64,000 bases of DNA, taken from an uncultured Gammaproteobacteria bacterium (GTDB lineage Bacteria > Patescibacteriota > Patescibacteriia > Patescibacteriales > UBA12465). Where the stretch lies: positions 401,997 through 465,996 of the forward strand of contig CAYYDR010000001.1 of the NCBI GenBank assembly GCA_964470695.1, in the 5' to 3' direction. Positions 16,631 to 26,887 of the stretch are shown one piece after another (the stretch's first letter is position 1; every line of letters starts with the position of its first letter). The notes below the pieces were generated by a model. The model saw only the letters and a list, made by a program, of their open reading frames with translations, was not told the DNA's origin and made no database searches. A program made the position numbers and the translations under genes.

Positions 16631-18922
16631 ATGCCAGTCAAAGCTTATTTGCGTATTCTTCAGGGAGGACTTATTGCCTCTCTCCTAATAGTATTTCTTG
16701 TTTTTCCGGATTTGCTTTTTCCTTACATTACCTCAAAGCAACTGCCATTTAATATTTTAATGGAGTTTTTATTTGCTTTTTGGCTAATATTTATTTGGCG
16801 TTATCCGGCTTATAGGCCTAAAAAAAGTTATATTACCTGGGGCTTGTTAGCTTATTTTTTAGCTATTTTAGCTTCTTGCGCCGTTAGTGTTGATATAAGC
16901 CTTAGTTTCTGGGGCGATGCGGAGCGTATGTTAGGCCTTTTTCATCTCTTGCATTTCCTAATCTTTTATTTGGTTGCTATTACGGTTTTTCGCTCTTGGA
17001 GCGACTGGCGAATTTTCTTTTTTTCTTCCGTTATAATAGCGACTGTCGTTAGTATTATTGGCTTAAATGGGAAATCGGCTGGTGAAGTTTATGCTACGAT
17101 TGGCAACACTGCCTATGTTTCTGGTTATTTGATTTTTAACATTTTTTTCAGTCTATTGTTATTTTTCCGGAGCAAGCCGGGTTTCTGGCGTTGGCTTTAT
17201 ACTGTGCCGGTCTTAATAATGCTGGTTGAATTTTGGAATTGCCATACTTCCGGCGCTATCATTGGTCTGATATCTGGGCTGCTTTTAATATTTTTATTGT
17301 TAGGCTTGTTCCATAAAAATAAGGGCTTACGTCGTTTTTCTTTAGTCTTATTCGGACTGGCCATAGTTTTAATTTTATTTGTATTTTCCCAGTCTCAGAG
17401 CAGCTGGTTCCAGAATAGTTTTTTAAGGAATCTTAGTTCACAAAAAGCGACTTTTCAGACAAGGCTTATTTCTTGGCAGGGAGCGGCGGCTGATTTTAAG
17501 AATCATCCCATGTTAGGGACGGGCTTTGGGAATTACGCGATAATATTTGATAAGCATTTTGATTCTAAGTTTTTCAATTATTCTAAGACAGAAACCTACT
17601 TTGACAGGGCCCATAATAATTTAATTGATATCGTTTCAACGACCGGGCTAATCGGTCTCTTAACTTATTTAAGTATTTTTGTGGCTGCCCTGTATTATCT
17701 GAGACAAAATTTTAAGAATAACGGCCCCTATGCTGGCACTAAAGAGGAGTCTAGCCGCCGTAATCTAGAAATAATAGTTATTTTAGGACTGATGGCCGCT
17801 TATTTCATCCAAAATTTAGCCGTTTTTGATTCCTATGTCACTTATATAGGCTTAATGGCGACTCTTGGGTTTATTTATTGGCTCCATGAGGGTAATGACG
17901 ATGAAAAAAATCTTGAAGAATTAAACGAAGCCGGACGCTGGCGCTTGTCTCGCGATTTAGAATTTTTGGTAATAGTGGTATTTTTAGTTGCTACCTTTAT
18001 TTTTACTAACCAATATAATCTTAAGCCTTGGCGGATGTTTATCGGAGTCATTGGCGGTTATGATAAAATTTTGACCGGTAATTTTCCAGAAGGCCTAGCC
18101 GCTTATCAGAAAGCTTTAGTCGGTACGCCTTTAGATCATGACGGACGAGTTACTCTTATTAATATCATAACTTCTAGCCCCACTCTTTTAGGCACCATGT
18201 TCACGGAACAGGCTAATGCCGCCCTTGATTATGCTATTTCTCTGGCGGAAAAAAATGTGGCGGAAAATCCCAGAGATAGTTTAACTCAGATGCAGTTGGC
18301 GCAACTTTTAGATTCAGCTGCTCGTTATAATTATGAAGACATGACTCGCTTTGTTAATTATTCCGATCGGGCTATGGCGGCTATTAATAAATCTATTGAA
18401 GCGAGTCCGGGCCGGGCGCCAGTTTACTTTACTAAGGCGCAAATGCAGTTAGTCAGAGGTGATAAGGACGCGTCTATTAAGACTATTGAGTATGGTATTA
18501 ACCTTAACCCTACTTATCCTGAAGGGTACTGCCGTTTGGCCCAGTTCTATTTATTCCTTAAAGATAGTAGTAAAATCGCGGCCGCGTTAAATGAGTGCGT
18601 GGATAGGGGCGGAGTTGATAATATAAATTCTGATGCCTTAATGTTGAATGCTCTTAAGTATTATTCGGAAACCCGCGACTATCCGAGGGCAATAAAGATT
18701 TCCGAGCGCTTAGCGGCTTTAAATAGCCGAGAACCGCAGATTTGGTTTAATTTAGCTAAGTTGTATTTAGTTTCCGGGGAAGCGGCTAAGGCTCAGGAGG
18801 CAGCCGATAGGGCCGCTAAGCTGGATGTTAAGCTTAAGGAGGAATGGACTAGCTTTATGGACTCCCTGAAAAATCTGTCCGCTTCTAGCACTAAAGCGAC
18901 TAGTACGGGAGGGGAGAAGTAG
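16631..18922 (+). CDS. O-antigen ligase/polymerase-like polytopic membrane protein with a C-terminal TPR domain
   Basis: About 12 TM helices. A Wzy_C-like loop ('HPMLGTGFGNY...AHNNLIDIVSTTG') and TPR-like repeats at the C-terminus. Confidence 0.65.
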   Translation: MPVKAYLRILQGGLIASLLIVFLVFPDLLFPYITSKQLPFNILMEFLFAFWLIFIWRYPAYRPKKSYITWGLLAYFLAILASCAVSVDISLSFWGDAERMLGLFHLLHFLIFYLVAITVFRSWSDWRIFFFSSVIIATVVSIIGLNGKSAGEVYATIGNTAYVSGYLIFNIFFSLLLFFRSKPGFWRWLYTVPVLIMLVEFWNCHTSGAIIGLISGLLLIFLLLGLFHKNKGLRRFSLVLFGLAIVLILFVFSQSQSSWFQNSFLRNLSSQKATFQTRLISWQGAAADFKNHPMLGTGFGNYAIIFDKHFDSKFFNYSKTETYFDRAHNNLIDIVSTTGLIGLLTYLSIFVAALYYLRQNFKNNGPYAGTKEESSRRNLEIIVILGLMAAYFIQNLAVFDSYVTYIGLMATLGFIYWLHEGNDDEKNLEELNEAGRWRLSRDLEFLVIVVFLVATFIFTNQYNLKPWRMFIGVIGGYDKILTGNFPEGLAAYQKALVGTPLDHDGRVTLINIITSSPTLLGTMFTEQANAALDYAISLAEKNVAENPRDSLTQMQLAQLLDSAARYNYEDMTRFVNYSDRAMAAINKSIEASPGRAPVYFTKAQMQLVRGDKDASIKTIEYGINLNPTYPEGYCRLAQFYLFLKDSSKIAAALNECVDRGGVDNINSDALMLNALKYYSETRDYPRAIKISERLAALNSREPQIWFNLAKLYLVSGEAAKAQEAADRAAKLDVKLKEEWTSFMDSLKNLSASSTKATSTGGEK

Positions 18923-18981
18923 AATTTTATATTGAGTATTCAATTTCGAGTAACTCTAATTACAGGAAATAAAAAATTATT

Positions 18982-20010
18982 ATGTCTAATTTTTCAAATA
19001 TAAAAATTGAAAGAAAAAATATATTAGATTTGTTAATATTGGTTACTGCGATTACTATGCTCGCAAATTTTTTTACAAATTTTGCGAGCTGGGGGATTAA
19101 CAGCGATATTATCAAGAATCAACATTTTTTAAATATACAGGCGAACGTATGGTTATGGTTTTGGTTAATATTTTTTTTCATAATAATAGGACTTTGGAGA
19201 GCCTTAAAGTCTCCATTATTCTCTTTCAAATTAAGAAAACGATTACCTTTAATATTTATCTATGACAAAAAAAATAAAAATCTTTTAGGGATAAATGACT
19301 ACCGTACTCCATACTATAATGCTTATTATGGTTTTCAGGAATTATTAAAAGTAGACAAGAACTTTAAAGACTCGTTACCATCCATGGATGATAAAGGAAT
19401 AGGGAGTGATGGATTTAGAGATACATTGCAGGGAATATTTGAATACGGGATGTTGGCAACGATAGGTTACCTTTTTTGGGGCGGTTACAAAATTGAAAAT
19501 GAGCAAAGTGCTTTCGGAATTACAACATATGACTCAGCAAGGGATGGCGTTAAAATTACATTTAACGATTTACCAGCTAAATTAAGGGATGGAAATATTA
19601 TATTAGAGACTTTTAAAGATAATTTTCAAAATAAAAAAAATGGGGGAGGTTTGACATGGCTTGACTTTTCGTTGCCACCAAAGATAAGTTTAACATACGA
19701 AAACAAAAAATTGTTCTATAAAAATAATTATATCGAATTCATTATAGATTTTTCGGGACGAGGGGGTATGACGGGAGTTCCTATTAATTTATTAAGTAAT
19801 GCCTCTGAAGAAAATGATAGGTTTATAACGTTGATATTCGACCCAATAATTTCTGTAAAAATTATCCCTTATTTAGCGTTGTCACCAAAATCAGAATTTT
19901 ATGCTGATTGGTCGGCGCAGTATATAGAAAGATTGGAAAACCTCATGATTACAGATGAACGAGAATACTCTGATAAAATAAAAAAAGATAACCCCGATGT
20001 AATTTTTTAA
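18982..20010 (+). CDS. Hypothetical 2-TM membrane protein (orphan, AT-rich gene)
   Basis: Long ORF with an N-terminal TM pair. I recognise no motif. Composition is visibly AT-richer than its neighbours. Confidence 0.4.
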   Translation: MSNFSNIKIERKNILDLLILVTAITMLANFFTNFASWGINSDIIKNQHFLNIQANVWLWFWLIFFFIIIGLWRALKSPLFSFKLRKRLPLIFIYDKKNKNLLGINDYRTPYYNAYYGFQELLKVDKNFKDSLPSMDDKGIGSDGFRDTLQGIFEYGMLATIGYLFWGGYKIENEQSAFGITTYDSARDGVKITFNDLPAKLRDGNIILETFKDNFQNKKNGGGLTWLDFSLPPKISLTYENKKLFYKNNYIEFIIDFSGRGGMTGVPINLLSNASEENDRFITLIFDPIISVKIIPYLALSPKSEFYADWSAQYIERLENLMITDEREYSDKIKKDNPDVIF

Positions 20011-20134
20011 AAAATTGCTTTTATTCCCCATAATCCTAATTACGAGCACTAGTTTAGTGCGTGTATATAGAATAATGTATAAAGGCGCCCTATCTCCGGC
20101 GCAAATAAAGAATATTTACTCTAATACTAGATAA

Positions 20135-20162
20135 AATTAGCCACCTACGGGTGGCTTTTTTC
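20135..20162 (+). terminator. Intrinsic terminator
   Basis: Stem AGCCACC/GGTGGCT followed by a T-run. Confidence 0.7.
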
Positions 20163-20197
20163 TTGCTTTTTTTTATCTTTTATTGTATTATAAAGTC

Positions 20198-20606
20198 GTT
20201 ATTAGGGTAAGCGGGCGATCGCTTTATTTTTTATTCTTAGCCTCGGTTAAGCTTAAAAATGAAGAGGAAAGTCCGGACTTCGCAATTCGCCCGGGGAAAC
20301 CTGGGTGACACGATAGTGGGTAACGCCCACCGGCTCGTTTTTCGGGTCAGGGAAAGTGCCACAGAGACAATACTAATCCTGGAATATTTAACAGGATAAA
20401 AGGTGAAAAGTAACTGGATGTCCTTCGGGGCTACCGGTTTCGGCCTCCGGCGACGGAGAGCCCGTGGTAAACCCTATCGGAAGCAAGAGCAAACTGGCGT
20501 CCTTCAAAAGGCGCCAAGACAAGTGGCTCGCTTGAGCCTATTAGTAATAATAGGCCTAGATAAATGATCGCTAGAACAGAATCCGGCTTACGGCTGCCCT
20601 AATAAC
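20198..20606 (+). ncRNA. rnpB: RNase P RNA, bacterial type A
   Basis: Conserved blocks GAGGAAAGTCCGG, GGGTAACGCCC, AGGGAAAGTGCCACAGAGA, GGTAAACCC and ACAGAATCCGGCTTA. P1 pairs GTTATTAGGG (20198-) with CCCTAATAAC (-20606), and P2 pairs GCGATCGC with GATCGCT. Confidence 0.93.
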
Positions 20607-20626
20607 ATAGCTTATCATTATTACAT

Positions 20627-22042
20627 ATGAAGAAAATTGAATCATTCTTTTCCGTCCTCTTTGTGCCGGTTGATTTCCTGTTGGTAATTTTAGCCGGCAT
20701 CTCTGCCTATTACTTAAGATTCTCTAGTTGGTCAGTCACGGTTAGGCCGGCTATTTTTAGTCTGCCTTTTGCTGATTATTTCCGTTCCGTTGTTTTTATC
20801 GCTATTTTTTGGACGCTTATTTTTGTTATCGCTGGACTTTATCAGATTAAGGCTGCTAATCAATTAGCTCAGGAAATCAGAAAAATATTTTTGGCTTGTT
20901 CTACGGGGCTAGCTTTAATAGCGATTATGATATTTTTTCAACGTGAATTATTTGATTCACGTTTTATTGTTTTAGCCGGCTGGTTATTTGCGGTTATTTA
21001 TTTGATTTTGGCCCACGTTTTCATTCGTTGGCTGCAGCGCTTTTTATTTCGCTATGGCTTAGGCGTTCATAAAGTAATCTTAGTCGGAAATTCTAAGACT
21101 ACTGATAAATTAATTACCGAATTTTCTAGCAATAAAAAGGCCGGGTTTGAGGTCGTGAAAAGGGTGCGTGATTTTTCTTTAGAGACGGTCCAGGAGCTAG
21201 CGGAGTTTATTAAAGATAGAGAAGTAGATGAAATTATTCAGAGTGACCCGAATTTAAGCAAGGCGGAAACTTTACGCCTTTATGATTTTACCAATGAAAA
21301 TCATATTACTTTTAAATATGTCGCTGATTTATTAGAGGTCAAGGTTTTGCGGACTGAGGTCGCGGAAATTATCGGCATCCCAGTCGTAGAAGTAAAGCGG
21401 ACGACCTTAGAAGGCTGGGGCCGGATTTTTAAGCGTATTTTTGATATCGTTGTTTCGGGCTTATTAATTATTATTTTTTCGCCTGTAATATTAATTACCA
21501 TTATTGCCATTAAGCTTGACTCGCGCGGGCCGATTTTCTTTTCTTTCCGTGACGACGGCCAACCAGTAACTCGGGTCGGCGAAGGCGGAACTTTATTTAG
21601 ATATTTTAAATTTAGGTCCATGACCCCTAATTCTGATAGCATGCGCTATAACGAATTAGCCGATCGTAATCTGCGAGCGGACGGGCCAATGGTTAAAATT
21701 AAAGATGACCCGCGCGTTACTCGCGTCGGCAAGATTATCCGCCGCTGGTCTATTGATGAGCTGCCAGAATTATTTTTAGTTTTTATCGGCCGCATGAGCC
21801 TTGTCGGTCCGCGCCCCCATTTGCCGGAAGAAGTCGCTAAATATGAAAATTATCATAAGAAGACTTTAACGATTAAGCCGGGTATCACTGGCTTAGCCCA
21901 GGTTTCCGGCCGCAGCGACTTGCTCTTTGAAGAAGAGGCTAAGTTAGATATTTATTATATTGAGAATTGGACCATGTTATTAGATTTATCTATTTTATTT
22001 AGGACGCCATTTGCGGTGCTGAAGCATCGTGAGGCCGAATAA
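20627..22042 (+). CDS. Polyprenyl-phosphate glycosyl-1-phosphate transferase (WbaP/EpsB-like large sugar transferase)
   Basis: N-terminal TM bundle and a C-terminal bacterial sugar transferase domain ('RVGKIIRRWSIDELPELFLVFIGRMSLVGPRP...KPGITGLAQVSGRSDL'). Confidence 0.8.
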   Translation: MKKIESFFSVLFVPVDFLLVILAGISAYYLRFSSWSVTVRPAIFSLPFADYFRSVVFIAIFWTLIFVIAGLYQIKAANQLAQEIRKIFLACSTGLALIAIMIFFQRELFDSRFIVLAGWLFAVIYLILAHVFIRWLQRFLFRYGLGVHKVILVGNSKTTDKLITEFSSNKKAGFEVVKRVRDFSLETVQELAEFIKDREVDEIIQSDPNLSKAETLRLYDFTNENHITFKYVADLLEVKVLRTEVAEIIGIPVVEVKRTTLEGWGRIFKRIFDIVVSGLLIIIFSPVILITIIAIKLDSRGPIFFSFRDDGQPVTRVGEGGTLFRYFKFRSMTPNSDSMRYNELADRNLRADGPMVKIKDDPRVTRVGKIIRRWSIDELPELFLVFIGRMSLVGPRPHLPEEVAKYENYHKKTLTIKPGITGLAQVSGRSDLLFEEEAKLDIYYIENWTMLLDLSILFRTPFAVLKHREAE

Positions 22043-22046
22043 AACC

Positions 22047-23159
22047 ATGCGAGTCGCTTTAATCCATGACCACCTAGCCCAGGACGGCGGGGCTGAAAAA
22101 GTTTTAAAAGTGCTAGCGGAAATGTTTCCGGAAGCGCCTATTTATACTTTGTTGTCGGAAAAGAATAATGTTGATAAGTATTTCAAGAATAGGCATATAG
22201 AAACTTCTATTATCCAGAAGCTGCCCGGCGGCATTAGCCATTATCAGTGGTATTTGCCTTTCATGCCGATGGCGGTGGAATTTTTTGATTTGCGTGAATA
22301 TGATTTAGTAATTTCTGATACTAGCTCTTTCGCTAAAGGGGTTATTACCACGCCTGATTGCCTGCATATTTGCTATTGCCATACTCCGACCCGTTATCTT
22401 TGGAGCGATACGCATCAATACATTAATGAGCTCAAATATAATAAATGGTTTAAGAAGGTAATCTCCATGGTTTTAAATAGTATTCGTCTCTGGGATAGAG
22501 CGGCGGCTGATCGGGTTGATTTATTTATTGCCAATTCTAAAACTGTTCAGAAACGAATTACTAAATATTATCGTCGCGATTCCGAGGTTATTTATCCCCC
22601 GGTTGAAACTGAGAAATTTAAGATTAGCGATTTAAGCGAGCAGAAAGATGAGGACAAATATTTTTTGGCCGGCTGCCGCTTAGCGCCCTATAAACGCATT
22701 GATATGGTCGTGTCGGCTTTTAAAAAGCTGGGCCATGGTTATAAATTAAAAATATTTGGCGATGGAGTTGATTTGGAGCGCCTAAAAGAATTAGCGGCTG
22801 AAGCGGCTAATATAGAATTTTTGGGTCGGGTGACCGAAGAAGAGAAGGCTAGATTATTTAGTGAGGCACAAGCTTTTATTAATCCCCAGGAAGAGGATTT
22901 TGGCATTACCGTTGTAGAATCCTTAGCCAGCGGACGTCCCGTAATTGCCTATCGCAAGGGCGGAGCCACGGAAACCATTATTGAAGGGAAGACTGGTTTA
23001 TTTTTTGATGAGCAGACCGATGAATCTTTATTAGAGGCGGTTAAGAGTTTTAAGGCGGAAGATTTTAGTTCTGAGGAAATTAGAGATCAGGCCCTTAAAT
23101 TTTCGGTAGCTAATTTTGAAGATAAAATTAGGAAATTTATTGCGGAGAATAAAAAATAG
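22047..23159 (+). CDS. Glycosyltransferase, GT-B fold (GT4-like)
   Basis: 'EDFGITVVESLASGRPVIAYRKGGATETI' is an E-x7-E motif. I prefer the ATG at 22047, just after the upstream stop, over the GTG at 22029. Confidence 0.75.
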   Translation: MRVALIHDHLAQDGGAEKVLKVLAEMFPEAPIYTLLSEKNNVDKYFKNRHIETSIIQKLPGGISHYQWYLPFMPMAVEFFDLREYDLVISDTSSFAKGVITTPDCLHICYCHTPTRYLWSDTHQYINELKYNKWFKKVISMVLNSIRLWDRAAADRVDLFIANSKTVQKRITKYYRRDSEVIYPPVETEKFKISDLSEQKDEDKYFLAGCRLAPYKRIDMVVSAFKKLGHGYKLKIFGDGVDLERLKELAAEAANIEFLGRVTEEEKARLFSEAQAFINPQEEDFGITVVESLASGRPVIAYRKGGATETIIEGKTGLFFDEQTDESLLEAVKSFKAEDFSSEEIRDQALKFSVANFEDKIRKFIAENKK

Positions 23160-23404
23160 GGAAGAAAGCGCGTTAGCCCTGTCTTCCCATATAACATAGC
23201 TTTTTCAGAACCCGTCGGTTACAGTTGGCTTATTTATTTAGCCGCCCTCTGTTAAGACAGTACAAAATTAAGTTGAATCGTTTAATAGATAATTTTGACT
23301 GCTAACTCGGCGTCAAGCGCAATGCGGTATAACCCGGTCATCTAGCCTGCTATGCTTACCCTCATCTTAGTCCAATATATATAATTGTCAAGACCCAGCA
23401 AACT

Positions 23405-24607
23405 ATGAAAATCGGCGTAGATATTAGAGTATTAATGGATGAATATTATAGCGGCGTTTCCGAATATGCCGCTAATTTGTTAGCGGCTATTTTAAGGCGG
23501 GATAAGAATAATGAGTACAAATTATTTTATAATTCTTGGCATGATTTAAGCGGGCGTCTAGGGTCTTGGAATGGTCCTAATTCTAAGATTATTTCTACGG
23601 CCTGGCCTAATAAATTATTTAATTATCTTCTTCAGAAAACCTTGCATTATCCTAAAATTGACCGCGTTTTAGGCGGCGTCAATGTTTTTTGGTCGCCCCA
23701 TTTTAATTTTTCTAGTTTGAGCCGTTCATCCTCTGGTTTAAAAAAAATAGTGACTGTCCATGATTTATCCTTCTTGCGATATCCTGAGTTTTTTAGTTTG
23801 CGGAAGAATTGTTGGCATAAGGCTCTGGGTGTCAAAAAAATTCTCCGCTGTGCCGATCATATAGTAGCCGTTTCTAGAAATACCAAAAATGATATTGTAG
23901 AGTTAACTGGCGTTAATCCGGATAAAGTATCAGTCATATATTCTGGCAATAATATTGTTAAGCGCGAAGTCGCTCAATCGGAAAAAACCAATTTTTTAAA
24001 ACCACTTGGATTATGGGATGAAGATGGCGGAGCGAAGCCAGCCCCTTTTATTTTGTATCTCGGTAATATTGAGCCGCGTAAAAATATCTGTGGCCTTATC
24101 GCCGCTTTTAACCAGTTAAAAAATGATAAATTAGTAGTCGCCAGGTTTCCTAATTTAAAATTAGTTTTAGCGGGAGCCGGGGGCTGGAAAAATGAGCAGA
24201 TATATTCTGATTATGAAAATTCGCCCTATAAAAATGATATTAAATTCTTAGGTTATATTAGTAGGCAGGATAAAGATATTTTATATAGCACTGCCCAGGC
24301 CTTTGCCTACCCCTCTTATTATGAGGGCTTTGGCTTTCCGCCTTTAGAAGCTTTGACTTATGGGCTTCCCGTTGTTTGCTCCAATGTTTCTAGTTTGCCG
24401 GAAGTCGTCGGCGATGCGGCTTTACTAATTAATCCCTTCAAAATTGGCGAGATTACCACTGGGCTTAAATTAATTTTAACTGATGAAAATATCCGCGCCC
24501 GTTTAATTAAAAAAAGTAATGAGCGAGTCAATTTATTCTCTTGGGAAAAAGCGGCCGAGGAATATTTAGAATTATTTAAGGATGTTTATGAAATTAAGGC
24601 CAAATAA
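23405..24607 (+). CDS. Glycosyltransferase, GT-B fold (GT4-like)
   Basis: 'EGFGFPPLEALTYGLPVVCSNVSSLPEVVGDAA'. Confidence 0.75.
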   Translation: MKIGVDIRVLMDEYYSGVSEYAANLLAAILRRDKNNEYKLFYNSWHDLSGRLGSWNGPNSKIISTAWPNKLFNYLLQKTLHYPKIDRVLGGVNVFWSPHFNFSSLSRSSSGLKKIVTVHDLSFLRYPEFFSLRKNCWHKALGVKKILRCADHIVAVSRNTKNDIVELTGVNPDKVSVIYSGNNIVKREVAQSEKTNFLKPLGLWDEDGGAKPAPFILYLGNIEPRKNICGLIAAFNQLKNDKLVVARFPNLKLVLAGAGGWKNEQIYSDYENSPYKNDIKFLGYISRQDKDILYSTAQAFAYPSYYEGFGFPPLEALTYGLPVVCSNVSSLPEVVGDAALLINPFKIGEITTGLKLILTDENIRARLIKKSNERVNLFSWEKAAEEYLELFKDVYEIKAK

Positions 24608-25679
24608 AAATAAAAAACCCCGCGTCTTGGTCGCCATGTCCGGCGGCGTTGATTCTTCGGTGGCGGCGCAATTATTAAAGAATCAGGGCTATGAGGTGGC
24701 CGGCGTCTTTTTGCATTTTTGGAAAGATGAATCTGCTGGCGCCGCTAAAGAAAACCGTTGTTGTTCACTGGAATCACAGCTTGACGCTAAAGCGGTAGCT
24801 GATAAAATTGGCATTCCTTTATATACCTTTAATTTTTCCGAACCCTTTAAAAAAGCAGTAGTTGATAATTTTTTAAACGAATATGAGGCCGGCCGGACCC
24901 CAAATCCCTGCGTAGTTTGCAATAAGCAGATAAAAATTGGCTTACTTCTTAAACATGCTCGCGCTCTCGGTTATGATTATGTCGCGACCGGGCATTATTT
25001 ACGAGCTAAGAAAGCCGGTCGGGAATACCAGCTTTTTAAAGCTAAAGATAAAAATAAAGATCAGTCATATTTTCTGTATACTTTTAGCCCTGAAGAAGTA
25101 AAACATCTGTTATTTCCGCTAGGTAATTATACTAAGCCGCAAGTCCGCCAGCTAGCCGAGAAATTTAATTTAAAAGTTGCCGCTAAGCCCGAGAGTCAGG
25201 ATATTTGTTTTTTGTCCGGCGATCATAATAATTTTTTAAAGAGGCATTTAAGCTTAAAGCCAGGCGATATTAGAATTCTAGAAACTGAAGAAAAAATTGG
25301 TGAACATCAAGGACTATTTTTGTATACTATAGGTCAGCGCCGCGGACTAGTCGGCGGTACCGGGCCGTATTATGTCGCTAAATTTGATTATAAGAATAAT
25401 ATTCTTTACGTAGTTAAGAATTGGAATGAAGTAATCTTATATCAGCCTGGTTTAATCGCTAAGAAGGTTAACTGGTTAAGCGGTAAGGCACCGAAGCAGA
25501 CACTAAAATGCGGCGCAGTTATCCGTTACGGCCATCCGGCTATTCCTTGCACGGTTGAATTAAAAAATAAGTCTGAATATCTAGTTAGATTTAATAAGCC
25601 GCAAAGAGCGGTTACTCCGGGGCAAAGTGTCGTTTTCTATGATAAGGAGAAGATTTTAGGTGGGGGGATTATAAAATAA
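24582..25679 (+). CDS. mnmA: tRNA 2-thiouridine(34) synthase MnmA
   Basis: PP-loop 'VLVAMSGGVDSSVAA', plus 'RTPNPCVVCNKQIKIG' and 'KDQSYFL'. Confidence 0.9.
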   Translation: MFMKLRPNKNKKPRVLVAMSGGVDSSVAAQLLKNQGYEVAGVFLHFWKDESAGAAKENRCCSLESQLDAKAVADKIGIPLYTFNFSEPFKKAVVDNFLNEYEAGRTPNPCVVCNKQIKIGLLLKHARALGYDYVATGHYLRAKKAGREYQLFKAKDKNKDQSYFLYTFSPEEVKHLLFPLGNYTKPQVRQLAEKFNLKVAAKPESQDICFLSGDHNNFLKRHLSLKPGDIRILETEEKIGEHQGLFLYTIGQRRGLVGGTGPYYVAKFDYKNNILYVVKNWNEVILYQPGLIAKKVNWLSGKAPKQTLKCGAVIRYGHPAIPCTVELKNKSEYLVRFNKPQRAVTPGQSVVFYDKEKILGGGIIK

Positions 25680-25722
25680 GCGGAATTATAAAGCGAATTG
25701 TTAAATAAAAAATTCCCGTCAT

Positions 25723-26289
25723 TTAATGAGGGAATTTTTGCAATTGTTTGATGATTGCTAGAGGGGTTAGTAATAGTATTATTAAATCTTTGGTAATAGT
25801 CCAATCTTTTATATAATTAAGATTGGTTCTGGTCGTCTCTTCGGGGGAGAATAATCTTGCTCCGCTGATTTGTGATGCCCCGGTAACGCCAGGCCTAACT
25901 ACTAAAAAATTACGATAGCTGGCGGGGTATTCACGAGCCTTAGTTCTAGTTAGTGGACGGGGTCCGACTAAGCTCATGTGTCCAGAAAGGACTATAAATA
26001 ACTCCGGGAGCTCATCTAGATGATAGCGCCTTAGGACGCGGCCCACTTTAGTAACTTCGCTTGATTCGAACCTTTTTTCATCATGAACCATGCTTCGGAA
26101 TTTGTAATATCTGAAAGGCTTACCGTTTAATCCGATTCTATAAATCAGGAAGCGGCATTTAGTTCCGTATAAAATAGGGCCGGGCGAATCTAGTTTTATA
26201 GCAATGGCCACTAGAATCATAATTGGCAACGAAATGATAATAGTGAGGCCAGCTATTATTATATCCAGCAGTCTTTTTGTTTTTTTCAC
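25723..26289 (-). CDS. Small monotopic phosphoglycosyl transferase (PglC/WecA-like bacterial sugar transferase)
   Basis: 'VGRVLRRYHLDELPELFIVLSGHMSLVGPRP...RPGVTGASQISG'. Confidence 0.8.
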   Translation of the reverse strand: MKKTKRLLDIIIAGLTIIISLPIMILVAIAIKLDSPGPILYGTKCRFLIYRIGLNGKPFRYYKFRSMVHDEKRFESSEVTKVGRVLRRYHLDELPELFIVLSGHMSLVGPRPLTRTKAREYPASYRNFLVVRPGVTGASQISGARLFSPEETTRTNLNYIKDWTITKDLIILLLTPLAIIKQLQKFPH

Positions 26290-26459
26290 GTTTTCTCCTT
26301 TTTAAAGAATTATTAATTTTAAGATGAATATGTATTTTTGTCAATAGATAAAAAAATTGAAAAAAGATCAGAAAATGTAATCATAATTCCGGGATTATTT
26401 TTTATTTTTATTATGCTATAATAGCTCACGTATTTAAAAATTAATTTACGATAACTATT

Positions 26460-26816
26460 ATGTCCCAACAGCTCCCCGATGTCTTTAAAAGAATCCAAGA
26501 TAAGAAAAAAGAACAGCGCGAATTAAAAGCCATGTATCGCGACGCCTTATCGGTTAATGGCGAGTATGTCCAGGTTAAAGAAGAGTTAGAGGCATTAAAA
26601 TTAAAAAAGAAAAAGATTGAGGCTAATGTTCAGGCTGACTTTAAGTCGGAGTTTGATAAATTAGAAGGCTTAAAATTAAATATCGCCGGCGATAACCAAT
26701 TATTGAGCGATTTAGCCGTTACTCAGCTAACAAGCGGAGAGCCAGTTAAAATAGTTGATGAAAATAAGGTGGAATACGAGCCAGTATTTACGGTTAGATT
26801 TAAGAAGGTGTCTTAG
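26460..26816 (+). CDS. Hypothetical coiled-coil protein
   Basis: ORF preceded by TGCTATAAT (26414-26422). No recognisable motif. Confidence 0.4.
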   Translation: MSQQLPDVFKRIQDKKKEQRELKAMYRDALSVNGEYVQVKEELEALKLKKKKIEANVQADFKSEFDKLEGLKLNIAGDNQLLSDLAVTQLTSGEPVKIVDENKVEYEPVFTVRFKKVS

Positions 26817-26844
26817 AATTTCGCGCCAGATGCAATAAATCAAA

Positions 26845-26878
26845 TAAAAAAAATAGGCTTGAATGGCCTATTTTTTAT
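26845..26878. terminator. Bidirectional intrinsic terminator
   Basis: Stem ATAGGC/GCCTAT flanked by an A-run and a T-run, between convergent genes. Confidence 0.6.
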
Positions 26879-26887
26879 ATTTAATGA

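Noticed and set aside
18951-20046. A direct repeat TAAnnCTAATTAC flanking the orphan gene 18982-20010, considered as possible target-site duplication.
   Set aside because: Only an 8-nt exact core (CTAATTAC) is shared. Matches of that length are expected many times by chance in 64 kb of AT-rich DNA.
20602-23202. A 12-nt exact repeat ATAACATAGCTT just after rnpB (20602-20613) and just after the GT4 gene (23191-23202).
   Set aside because: Chance 12-mer repeats are expected in a window of this size and composition. No extended similarity or structure surrounds them.
23325-23370. A possible SRP (4.5S) RNA on the minus strand, because of AGCAGG..AGATGAC similarity.
   Set aside because: The hallmark GGAA/GNRA-capped helix 8 with its symmetric loop (…GGUCC-GGAA-GGAAGCAGCC…) is absent. 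The similarity is limited to a few nucleotides.
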